Origin: Camelus ferus
Lineage: Eukaryota
Assembly: GCF_009834535.1 (NCBI RefSeq)
Contig: NC_045697.1
Span: 100,256,001-100,320,000 of the forward strand
DNA: 64,000 nt
Direction of reading: 5' to 3'
Numbering within the stretch: the first letter of the stretch is position 1; each line of letters begins with the position of its first letter. The notes under the pieces were generated by a model. It did no database searches. It had not been told where the DNA came from and saw nothing but the letters and a program-made list of their open reading frames with translations. The position numbers were made by a program, and so were the translations under genes. Of the stretch, positions 27,385 through 38,280 are shown in pieces.

Positions 27385-27520
27385 GGGGGAGGGGATAGCT
27401 CATGTGGTAGAGTGCATGCTTAGCATGCACGAGGTCCTGGGTTCAATCCCCAGTACCTCCTCCAAAAAACAAATAAATAAGTAAACCTAATTACCTCCCC
27501 GCTAAAAAAGAAAAAGCAAG
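27385..27520 (+). mobile_element. tRNA-Ala-derived SINE (camelid vic-1 type) with TSD
   Basis: Head GGGGATAGCTCATGTGGTAGAGTGCATGCTTAGCATGCACGAGGTCCTGGGTTCAATCCCCAGTACCTCC resembles tRNA-Ala(AGC) with A and B boxes. It is followed by an A-rich body (aaataaataagtaaacctaattacctcccc) and tail. TSD aggagagcta (27375-27384) / aggagagcca (27524-27533). Confidence 0.88.
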
Positions 27521-28309
27521 CAAAGGAGAGCCAAACTAGGGAGTGACATATATCGGGGTGACATCACTAAATGGACTTCTAAAAAAAAAATCTGCTCTAC
27601 AGCTTCACGTGAATAGCCTTTGACTTACTAGTGCCATACTCAGGAACTTGATCTGGGAAAGGAATCATGGATATGCACCCATTTTTCGTACATAAGGGTG
27701 TTTATAGCAGTACTGTTTATGTAGGGGAAAAGTGGAATCATACAAACATCAAGGATGTTTCAACATGTGCCTATAAATTTAAGAAAGCTACAAAAACCTA
27801 TGTAATACATTCCCAGTCTGGTAAAAGTAAACATGTATCCGCAGAATGAAAAAAAAAATACAAGAGTTGAGTGAGTGAGTGAGTGAGTTGTTGATGGTTA
27901 TCTTCCTCTCCTTTTAAATATTTAGTATTTTCAAAATTTTTTCTGAGGCATATGTCTTTCATTTTAAAACATACACACATACACACACACACATATATAT
28001 ATTAAAACTGTGGGACAATAAACATATGGGTAAAATTGTGTTTGGTCACAATTCTTTTTGATACCCTGTGTCCTCCTGTTTGTCATGAGTATGTCTTTTT
28101 TCTCCTGAGATGAAGGGTGTGAACCAGGCACCCACTTCATGCCACATCCTACAGGATGACTCAATTACCTTAATGGGAGACTCAAATTAGAAGCTCCCTG
28201 ACATCATTTACATAAGTCAAAAGCTAAGAACAAATTTTTTAGTGTCATGGAATATTTTTTCATGAAATCAGAGGCTAACATATTAACATAATCCATCTTT
28301 CCAGCCTTA

Positions 28310-28630
28310 TTTAACAGATCTTAACAAGATATGCTGAGCACTTCCCATGCAACAGGGACCAATCTAGGCTTTGGGAACTTTACTATGAACAAAAAATGTC
28401 TAAAAGCACTGCTTCTTGTGGTGCTTACATTCTGGTGGGAGGAGACACACTAAGCTTGAGTGAAATGAAGCAGTTAGAGGGGCAGGGTGTGCTGGGGATG
28501 GGAAGGGGGAGGGGTGCTGCTATTCCAAAGAGAGTAACTAGGGAGTGCCTCAGTGATGAAGTCACAGAGAGGGGACCCTGGAGAGGCAGCCAGTCTGGGG
28601 GTATCTGGAGGAAGAACATTCCAGGTGCCT
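28310..28630 (-). mobile_element. LINE-2 3' fragment
   Basis: aacaagatatgctgagcacttcccatgc...gcttacattctggtgggaggagaca...gaggaagaacattccagg. Confidence 0.6.
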
Positions 28631-30282
28631 TGAGAAATAAAGGAGAAAACGACTTTTCTCTTCCACTATTTTTGGGTCATTTGGAATGCAGCATAGTAGG
28701 TTTTTGGCTACAGAAGGACCCCATGAATAACTTCTTTGGAAAGTTAGGACTGGGAAAAATAAATATTTATGGAAAAAAGGTATCTGTATATGTACATAGA
28801 CAATACCTCTGAAAAACTTCAAATCTTTGCCTTTTCAGTAGTTCTTATGTGGACTGTGTGTGTAAAAAAAAACATTTATGATGGAGAGACACCAGGTTGA
28901 ACTGGTTAAGAAAGCAAACATTTCCTGGATCTTACCTAATATACATGCTCATTATATATCTTTGCCTGGAAAGAATATGTCATATATTTAATGCAAAAAC
29001 ACTTTTAACTTAAAAAAAAATCTCTATTATGAAATATATGTTCATAGATTGAATATGGAAAAGCCTAACAATCCAATACATAGTCTTTAATTTTATGACA
29101 AGTGATGCTTATTTCTACTGGAAAAGATTTTCTAAATACCAGTATAATTATCGACTAGACAAGATTTTTTAAATGATGCTTGTAGAAATCAATTTATAAC
29201 CAATGCTTTTGAGGCAGTAAAAGAAATTTAATTTTCCTCTCATACAGGAAAAATAAAAGAATAGATGTAAAGCATACTTATTCTACCATAAGTGAAACTG
29301 CCAAAGTTTAAAATAAAAGATTATAGTATACCTATAGACAAGATTTCCACTGAATAGAACCACCATAATTGCAGCTTAGTAGACAATCACTCAAGGCTAC
29401 CTTATTTTTCTGGGTTTTTATATTACCAACAAAATCCTCAACACCTGAGATAAAACGGAACTCAAATTCTATTCATATTAATTCAAATTTAGCAACTCTC
29501 AATTTACATTCAAGCACAAAGAATTCCAGCATCACTTCACTCACTCAGTAGGAAGTAAAGGTCCTTCTTTGAGTATGTACAAGATGAAGAATCTCTTCAG
29601 GGGATAAACTGAAGACTTTCAGGGACAATCAAAGTATTAAGTTCTTCATATACCAAGTTTTATGTCCAAAAATGCAACAATACTGGTGAAGGTCTTCCTT
29701 TTTAAAAGTAGAGACTGGTTTCCAAACAAATTAACATTACAACAAGCATAATCAGTCCTTTCTGAAAAACTAAAAGAACAGTTATAAAGCCTTAGGTTCT
29801 TTCTGAACTTTCCTATATTTCATGGTCATAAAACTCCTTCCTTTCTGAGAAGCCAGGGGATTTTTAAGAACAAAGGCATCAGGAGAGATGAGGATGGAAT
29901 TCTTACTAAAGATTAGAAGATAAAAGGTAAGATTCCTTCCAAATCCCCAGCTATGTATTTCTACAACCTGAAATGAGTGAACAAACCATACAGTTTCTTG
30001 AAATGCCCAGACAATATTAAGTTACACTGCCAATAATGTTATTTAAGATTGATGCTGAATTATGGCTTTTAATAACAGACTCTGGAATTCCTGGCTTATT
30101 GGATATCTGTCTGCCAGTAGAGAGACAGGTGAAAAGATACAGTTTAGTGCCCAATAAATAAATAAATACTAAGTGGGGTCAGTGAGACTGTTTTGGCCTG
30201 GGAAATTAAGACCAAGCACAAATAATAACTTGTCTATATGCATCTTCAGAGAAAAATGAAAGGTAAACTGAGGCCATTAAGA

Positions 30283-30385
30283 ATATATATATGTTTGTGT
30301 ATAACTGAAAAATTGTGCTCTACACTGGAATTTAACATAACATTGTAAAACAATTATAAATCAATAAAAAATGTTAAAAAAAAAA
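30283..30385 (+). mobile_element. Very short L1 3' terminal fragment (different tail type) with poly-A
   Basis: tgtataactgaaaaattgtgctctacactggaatttaacataacattgtaaa...tcaataaaaaatgttaaaaaaaaaa. Confidence 0.75.
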
Positions 30386-30398
30386 GAAATGTTACTTG

Positions 30399-31152
30399 TA
30401 AATGCTGGAGAGGATGTAGAGAAAAGGGAACCCTTCTACACTACTGGTGGAAGTGTAATTTGGAGCAGCCATTATGGAAAACAGTATGGAGATTCATTGA
30501 AAAACTAAAAATAGAGTTATCATATGATCTAGCAAGCCCACTCCTGGGCATGCATCTAGATAAAACTCTAATTCAAAAAGCTACATGCACCCCAATGTTC
30601 ACAGCAGCACTATTTACAATAGCCAAGACATGAAAGCAACTTAAATATCCATCAACAGATGACTGGATAAAGAAGTTGTGGTATATTTATACAATGGAAT
30701 ATTAGTCAGCCACAAAAAGACTGAAATAATGCCATGTGCAGCAACATGGATGGACCTAAAGATTATTACACTAAGTGAAGTGAATGAGACAGAGAAAGAC
30801 AAATATCACATGATATCACTTATCTTTAAAAATAACACAAATGAATTTATTTACAAAACAGAAAGAGTCATAGACATAGAAAACAAACTTATGGTTACCA
30901 AAGGGGGAAGTGTGGGGAGGGATAAATTAGGAGTTTGGAATTAGTAGACACAAACTACTAAATATAAACTAGATAAACAACACGGTCCTATGGTATAGCA
31001 CAAGGAACTATATTCAATACCTTGTAATAAACTATAACAAAAAAGAATAGGAAAAGGAATATACAGTTATATATGTATGTATGACTGAATCACTATGCTG
31101 TACACCAGAAACTAACACAACATTGCAAATCAACTAGACTTCAATCAAAAAA
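30399..31152 (+). mobile_element. 5'-truncated L1 (end of ORF2 plus 3' UTR)
   Basis: taaatgctggagaggatgtagagaaaagggaaccc...gcagcactatttacaatagccaagaca...tcactatgctgtacaccagaaactaacacaacattg. Confidence 0.92.
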
Positions 31153-31679
31153 GAAGAGAAATATTTTTTAAATATCTAAATGACAGAGACTCCTAGGCTC
31201 TCAGGCTTGGGAAGGCCCTTCAGTCATCACCACTTGCAACTCTGTGCATCAGTCCTGTGTTAGGTTTCCACCTGAAGCAAGAGAAAGTTTCACCTCCCGA
31301 GAAAACCTCTTCCATTTCTCAACAGTTCTATCTTTATGAATTCCTTCTCTTGCCTAAATCAAGTCTGCTTTCCATAACTTCTCCTCACTAACCCTAGTCT
31401 GACTCCATAGAGCTGAGTTTCCAAATACATAAGCCTCAGGGTGGAGGCAGGGGGCACGTGGGAGTCGAGCAAGCCTCGAGAGCCAGGCCATAAGTAGTGA
31501 CGGGGCCCCGGGCCACATAACGGGCACATTGCTCATCTAAACGCCCAGCCCCTGTTTGGCAGGAACACAGGCCCCGCTCGTCAGATTTTCTGATGAGAAA
31601 TGAGAAATTTGAATTTAAGTAAAAATATCCTGCCTTTTGAATATGTAGGGAATAAACTGCAGAGTTTAAATAGCTCTTA

Positions 31680-31810
31680 GGGCTCAACTAATCCAAACCT
31701 CTCATTTTATAAGTGAGAAAACTGAGGCCCAGAATAGAAAGTGACGGACCAAAGCCAGATGGTTAATCAGAGGTCGGTCTGGAGGAGGACAGCCCCGAAC
31801 ACAAGGTCCC
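31680..31810 (-). mobile_element. MIR SINE
   Basis: ctcattttataagtgagaaaactgaggcccagaa. Confidence 0.7.
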
Positions 31811-32009
31811 ATTTCTCCTATCACAAAAATGCAGTCTGCGAGCCAATGTGCATTCGGCGGATAGACATGTTGAAGTATTTTGAAATCGGCATCAGCTTCA
31901 CATCACTTCCCGTATCCACCATCAAGTCATCACCGTCCACATCTAGTTTTGACAGTCTCCTGTCAAGTTGAGCAGGTAAGGGCAGCAGCAGCTACAAGCA
32001 CAGACTCAG

Positions 32010-32230
32010 GAGACAGACCGCCCGGTTGGCAAGCCCGGCCCCACCACTTACCACCTGCATGACCGCGGCAACTCCCGTCTAGGCCTTGGTTTCCTCCTCG
32101 GGTGAACAGAGCTAATAACAGTACCTATTTCTCAGTGTTGCTGTGAGAATTAAATGCACTGATAATACACATAAAGTACTCACAACATGCGTGACACAGA
32201 GTTAGCACCACTCAGGCAATCTTATTACCA
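32010..32230 (+). mobile_element. MIR SINE
   Basis: ccaccacttaccacctgcatgacc...ctaataacagtacctatttctcagtgttgctgtgagaattaaatg. Confidence 0.7.
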
Positions 32231-33149
32231 CCCAAAGAGAGGGTGATGACTCTGCTGAGAGTTAAAGTAAACATATTACTTAAGGAAAATGTAAAACAAA
32301 ACTGCACATACATGTTCTGAAAAATACAAGTCTTGCAAAAAAAATACATATATATATTTAGCAGCTAATTTCTTCACAGAGACTAAAGCAAAGGTAGACT
32401 TCAGCAGTTCAAGTAAATGTAACATGAACCTATGAATTAAAATCTCAGCATCCACTTGCACAGGAAAGAGCCTCAGAACACCTCCTACGTTTTCCCCTCC
32501 GACCTTGGAGAAGTTCTAGAACATATGAGCTACACCCCACCCAGGGCTCCTCCTCGCCACAGGCTGGGCTTGTTTTCTGGTTGGTGACTGTGACATCTCT
32601 TTCCTTCCCCCATCTTACTCCCAACAGTACTGTTAGAACCCAGTCTCTCAAAAGTTCTTCCAAGACAGATGTTTAGTTTCCTCCTTTCCCTTTAACTATG
32701 TCCTAGCCATAGAAAAAAGACAGCAAACACACTCTTCAAAAGAAGAAAAAAGAAAATGCATCAGTTATTTCTTTAGCATCACAACTGAGACACTTACCAC
32801 CACCATACACTTACAGATCTACGTGTTTATCATACAACTAAAAATAAACAATATATAGATAACTCTTATATTGCTCTGATAAGATTTCAGCTTAAGCCAA
32901 GAGAAAGCACAAATGTAACAGGAGAATCCTCGAATGTTCACCGACCATCGGAGAGAGCTGGGACACCCTGTCTCTAAATCACAGAAGCAACAAGCAGAAA
33001 TTGGCATGGTGGCGCTGGCCTTTAAAGCAGGAGAGGATAAACAGCTCTTTCCTCAGGCTGCCAGGGCCTCAGGGAGCCCTGGGGGTCTGGTGATCCACGC
33101 TGTGGCTCCTGTGTGTCACTGTGCACAAGGCTTACAAAGATTAGTGTGT

Positions 33150-33355
33150 ACTGACAGCTATGTTCCAACTACAATCATAAGCACATACATGGATCAACTC
33201 ATTTGATGCCCATAACAACCAGCTGAGGTTCCCCCATTTCACAAATGGGGAAACTGAAGTTCTGAGAGGCTGAGTAACTTGCTCACAGATCCGCAGCGAA
33301 AAAGTAACAGAGCCAGGACACACATGCAAGTGGTTGGCTAGAGGCTACGATCCTG
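33150..33355 (-). mobile_element. MIR SINE
   Basis: cccatttcacaaatggggaaactgaagttctgagaggctgagtaacttgctcacagatc. Confidence 0.75.
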
Positions 33356-33394
33356 ATTTACCACTTCTCCAAACTGCCTCTAAAAGTAACCATT

Positions 33395-34110
33395 AGTTAT
33401 CAGAGAAATGCACACGAAAACCTGAAAGCCACAATGAATACACCACTTCACAACCTCATGGCCAGAATCCAGGGTAGATGACAATGAGTGCTGATGAGCA
33501 TGTGGAGAAATCGGAGCCCCCATACGCTACTGGAGGGAATGTGAAATGATGTGTTTCTTTGGAAAACAATCTTGTAGTTACCCAACAATTTAGGCCACAG
33601 CATTGCCATATGACCCAGAAATTTCACTCCTGGATATATAACCAAGATAAATGTCAGCACACAAACTTGTCCATGAATGTTCACAGTTGCAGTATCCACA
33701 ATAACCAAAAAGTGAAAAGAACCTAAGTGTCCATTAATTGATGAAATTAAAAATGTGGTAAATACATACAATGAAATTCTATTTGGCAACAAAAAGGAAT
33801 GCAGTATTGATATCCACTACAGCACTGATGAATCTTGAAAACATTATGCCAAGGGAAAGAGGCCAGTCACAGAAAAACACATATTACTGGATTCCATTCA
33901 TATGAAATGTCCAGAACAGGCAAATACAGAGAGACAGAAAGTAGATTAGTGGTTCATTAGGGCTGGGAAGTAAACTGCTAATGGACACTGGGTTTCTTTT
34001 TGCAATCAGTGGTGAGGGTCCTACATCTCTGTCAGTACACTGAACGCTGTTAAACTGTATACTTTAAATGAGTGAATTGTATGATACATGAACTCTCCAA
34101 TAAGGCTGTC
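33395..34110 (+). mobile_element. Older L1 (L1MB-like) 3' end
   Basis: gccatatgacccagaaatttcactcct...gattccattcatatgaaatgtccagaacaggcaaatacagagagacagaaagtagattagtggtt. Confidence 0.85.
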
Positions 34111-34267
34111 GTACTTTTTAAGAGATTTTAAAAACTGGTTACAAACTAAAACTACTAGTCTATCCCAGGAGATTCTGTGTATTTGTGAATGAGAAAGCAC
34201 AATTGCAGAAGTGTCAGAAGCCCAAAATCATATGCATGGAAAAAAAAATTGGAAAGAAAGTCTACAT

Positions 34268-34515
34268 GGAGAGATAAATTAGGAGTCCGGGATTAGCAGA
34301 TACAAACTACTGAGTATAAAAAAACAACAAGGACCTATTGTATAGCGCATGGAACTATATTCAATATCTTGTAATAACTATATATATAATATTTGTAATG
34401 CAAAAGAATCTGAAAAAAATATATATGTACATATATATATATTTATATAGTTGATTCTCTCTGCTGTACACCAGAAACTAACATAACATTGTAATCAACT
34501 ATACTTCAATAAAAC
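34268..34515 (+). mobile_element. L1 3' end fragment with internal (TA)n
   Basis: gataaattaggagtccgggattagcagatacaaactac...ctgtacaccagaaactaacataacattgtaatcaactatacttcaataaaa. Confidence 0.9.
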
Positions 34516-37123
34516 TTTTTTAAAAGAAGGGATATATTAAAGGGGAAATGATTGCTATTTAACTGAATTTCAAGACAGTGGATGTGTTGGGGTTACATCA
34601 CCCCAAATGCATAGATATTACATGGTGGATTGCACAACTCTAAATTCAGACTTTCTCCTCATCTGAAAGCTATCAGTTCTGAAAATAAAGGATCTAGAGG
34701 AGAAGTGAGATTTTTTTTAAAAAAATGCAAATGCTGACGTAAACTTTTTGGAGACTCTGAGCTAAACAGTTCAAAATGTAAGGCTCCTCTCATATATTGC
34801 ATGCCATGTTGACAAAATGAGAATATTTGATTAGCATCTAAAATGTACACTGGACATTTCCTAAGATAAATTTGAGTCAGACTTCTAAATTCGACTGGAA
34901 AAAGTAAAGTCTTCAAGTACTGGAGCTAAGTGTAAGACACTGACAGCCAGGCTAGTGCTGGCACAGTTTCACATTCAGGCAGAAGTCCTAAGTGAGACGT
35001 TTGTCACACTACAGGGTCATGTATCTCCTTATAATGAGATTTTAGCAGAAATCAATGCAATCTCTGACTAAAGTGAAGCCAGTCTCCTAATGTGCAGCCT
35101 GTCAAATGAGAATATGGAAGCTTCATGGCTACTAGCAGACAGAACATTAACACATTTTTGGAAACAGAACAATTAGATAGTAGAGAATTTCCTTGACGTT
35201 GTTTAGTCTAATTTTTGAATTATTAATAAGCCCTTTCTTGATTCCCACTCTGTCTTAGTCAAGTATCATTTCTGTGGAAAATCAGCTTACTGCTTTCTGT
35301 AAAAAACAGGCAAGCCATTAATTGATCCAACGTGTTGGCAGTTCTGGAGAATCTTTTTAGACACGAATAAACGATGCCTCTTGTATTCAAAGCCACAAGT
35401 TTAGGATTTCATGCTTATGCACAAAGAAACATTTAAAGGATCTGCAAAGTCAGCTAACGATTTTGGAATTTAAAGAACAACAACAATAACAACCAAAAAA
35501 ACCCCTCCTTCACACTCCCTTTGAGGTTTAGACATTAAATGCTTTTAAAGATACTTTACATGACTTAAAGTGCCCTTCCATAGTCCTCCAAATTCTTGAG
35601 TATCATAAAGTTTAAGTAGTGCTCCTAGTCTATGACTCAAGGTCAGAGTGCAATCTTTTCTCCTACAAGACTGTTGAGCTCAAGAAAGTATATCAAATGT
35701 TCTCAATGCTCTACCCTAACTTTTCTAAGGAGTTAACTGCCTCTCCTCCTCTTCTTTAATGAATGCACTGTCTTATTTTTGGCCTGCGTGTTTGAAGCAT
35801 TGAACTTTCCCCAGCCCACCTGTTTGTGTTAGGCTGGACAAGTTCCATGTCTAAAACCGCAAACCAACTAACTGTATATTTCCTTAATAGGTGACATGAG
35901 CTCTCAGAATGAAAACTTGTCCCCAAAGAATGCACCCCCACCCCATGTGGCCAAAACTGGGTACTCCATTTCAGTAGCATAACTGTTTATTAAAATCTGG
36001 CTTTTAAAGAAAATCAAGCCTTTGATTAGGTGACTCCAGTTGGAAAATGTATCTGTCGCTTCTATTCCCTTCTTTCCCTCTGGATGCCACACCCTCAACC
36101 CAGCAACCCCTGTGGGAAGGAGGGCTAGATAGGTTCTCCAGTGCACAGAAACAAGAAGCGACCCTGGACTCGAGGGGGCAAGGCTGCTAAAACGAGATGC
36201 TTATGCTGACAAGCCTGGAGAGGACTTTGTTGTTGTTCCTACCACGGAGGCACTGTTACATCAGGCACACGGGTAATCAGCGAGTTTTAGGGCAGTTGTG
36301 TGTTTCTAGTCCTGACACACTGAGATTATCAAGAAAAGCTTATTCTTTCTATCCTGTAATCTCATTCTTGCCATTAAGAAAACCTTCAGCATATTTAACC
36401 TCCCAAGCAGGCAAAGGAGAACGCGATACTAGAAAAGTAGGCATAACTTTATGGCCACCATGCTCTTGTCGGCTTGTTGAGGATTGTTATTATTTACCAT
36501 CGTGCCCGCCCGTTAGCTTCTCCGGATGACAACTTGGCAGAGCACAGGATTTTCAGTATTATTTGTGACGTGCGTCAACCCAGCGGGTGGCCGGAGGAGG
36601 GGGCGGGAGGACTCTTAATCTCCCACGAAGAGCTGAAACCCAACTTGAGCAAGTTGGTGGTGGTGAGCGCCAGCACTAGTAACCCTACCCACCTCCTGAT
36701 TACACAAACGCCGGCATCAGGACTATACCGGATGCACACACCCAAGTGCAGAGCTGAGTTATCAGATCTACGGGTTCCAAACAGGTGCGGGGTCGGTCAC
36801 TAGCGGAGAAGAACATCCGAGCCCTGGCCCCCAAACCCCACCTTCCAGATCCTCCTCGGAAAAGTTAGCCCACCTCGGGCAACCTTCGTCCAAGTGGCGC
36901 TAGGCTAATCGGAACACACTCCCTGGTTCCCCCAAAAGCAGTCGGTCTTTGGAAGCCCCACGAAGTGACGTATAGAAAACTTAGGTCCAGGGCACAGAGA
37001 AGCGTCTTTCGCAAAGCACAGACCTCCCAGAAAGGAGCTAAGAGGCAGGCGCTGGATCCTTCTCGGTGCCTCCATCCTCGCCGGCTCCCCTTACCCCGCC
37101 CCGCGCCCGCCGGGGCCGCTTAC

Positions 37124-37625
37124 CTGCGTGGGGCATGGTGATGGTCTCGTTGGTGTTGGAGCCCACGTTGAAGATGACCACGGCGGAGGCGTTCTGCAGG
37201 AACGCGTTCCGGATCTTATCTCTGTACGTGCAGTTGCCCTTGGGGATGAGGGCTATCCAGTTCTTGCCGTGGGCTGGGGCGGCGAACTTGGTGTTGGGGT
37301 CGCAGGCCAGGCGGTCGTGGGCCGAGCTGGCCATGACCACCTCCCCGCGGGCGTCCTGCTTGGGCGAGTGCTCCCCGTAGCGCCCGCACTCGGTCTTCTC
37401 CGTGTGCAGCTCGGCTGTGGTGCCGCCGCCGCCGCCGCCGCCGCCCGCCGCCCCGGCCCCGGGGTCCGGCGCGGGCTCGGCGTAGGTGATGTTCACGAAG
37501 GCGGTGTACCATTCCTCCTTCTCGGCCACGGTGAAGTCCAGGCAGAGCAGATGCACGAAACAAAAGGAAAGCAGCCATGTTGAGAGAGCCAGGCTGCGGC
37601 ACGCTTGGATGAGAGACATTGCCAT
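37124..37625 (-). CDS. RNF150: RING finger protein 150, first coding exon (signal peptide plus most of the luminal PA domain); 502 nt, phase-1 intron follows
   Basis: Translation MAMSLIQACRSLALSTWLLSFCFVHLLCLDFTVAEKEEWYTAFVNITY...WIALIPKGNCTYRDKIRNAFLQNASAVVIFNVGSNTNETITMPHA matches the RNF150 N-terminus as I recall it. ATG at 37625 has a strong Kozak context (AAGATGG). Canonical donor CAG|GTAAGC at 37124/37123. Confidence 0.96.
37422..37445 (-). repeat. (GGC)8 coding trinucleotide repeat encoding Gly8
   Basis: Eight perfect GCC units on the + strand, in frame within the RNF150 exon. Confidence 0.95.
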
Positions 37626-38280
37626 CTTTCTCCGCCGGGGCCCCCTCCCCGCCCCCCGCGCGCTCCCCCCGCGCCGTCCCTCCTCCCCAGCCCCGGCCAA
37701 CCCCGGGCCGGCCGCCTCTCCTCCTCCTTCTGCTCCTGCTCACTCCCGGGCCCAAGGGGACGCGGCCGGGACGCGCAGCCGCCGCGGGGACCGGATTCCG
37801 AGCGAGCGGATGGCGCCGGCCCCCTTCCCTCTCAGCCGGAGCGCGGCAGTTGCATCTCGCTTCGCGGGCGCCGGAGGGGTGCGGGCGGAGGGGGCGCTTC
37901 GGGATTGCGGTGGAGTCCAGAGGCCAAGCGTCCTGCTCCTTTGCCGGGCTTCTCCTTCTCTCATAGGGGTGGCAGGGGGCCCGGGAGCTTGCGGGGTGGC
38001 GTCCGGGCGCCCTGCAGCCCCGGCGGGGGCGGGCGCGGCTGCTCGAAGCCCGGAGTGCTGCTGAGGTGTCCGGGCCACCGTCGCCGAGCGCTCGGGCGAG
38101 CGGCTCCGGCTGCGGGCGCGGCGGCCGCCACTGCTGCGCCCCGGTTCCCTCCGGCTGCGGGCGCTCGGGTCCTCGCCGCGCCGCCGGCTGCGCCCGCCAC
38201 ACACTTGCCGCGGGAGGGCCCGGCTCGGGGTAGCCGGAGCAAGCGGGCAGAGAAGACTACGCGGTCTGTGCGTGTGTGTG
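37626..38280 (-). other. RNF150: Putative GC-rich 5' UTR of RNF150 (TSS approximate)
   Basis: The CpG-rich segment continues from the ATG to the island edge near 38270-38300. The TSS is inferred, not directly visible. Confidence 0.55.

Larger units (their letters stand above)
1..37123 (-). other. RNF150: RNF150 intron 1 (continues beyond window start)
   Basis: Lies downstream of the GT donor at 37123. I did not find the expected exon-2 peptide (VEDIVAIMIPEPKG, recalled) in the ORF track. Repeat-rich. Confidence 0.8.

Noticed and set aside
27389..27460. Functional tRNA-Ala(AGC) gene
   Set aside because: Followed by a SINE body and A-tail, flanked by a TSD, and lacks an immediate oligo-T terminator; better explained as a SINE.
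31680..33355. Oppositely oriented MIRs forming intronic dsRNA
   Set aside because: Copies look too diverged for long stable pairing.
36885..36902. CTCF-like motif (cgtccaagtggcgcta)
   Set aside because: Mismatches at core positions; not supportable without ChIP data.
37626..37700. 25-aa N-terminal extension in the ORF track (TTG start)
   Set aside because: The downstream ATG has a strong Kozak context and matches the known RNF150 start; no evidence for TTG initiation.
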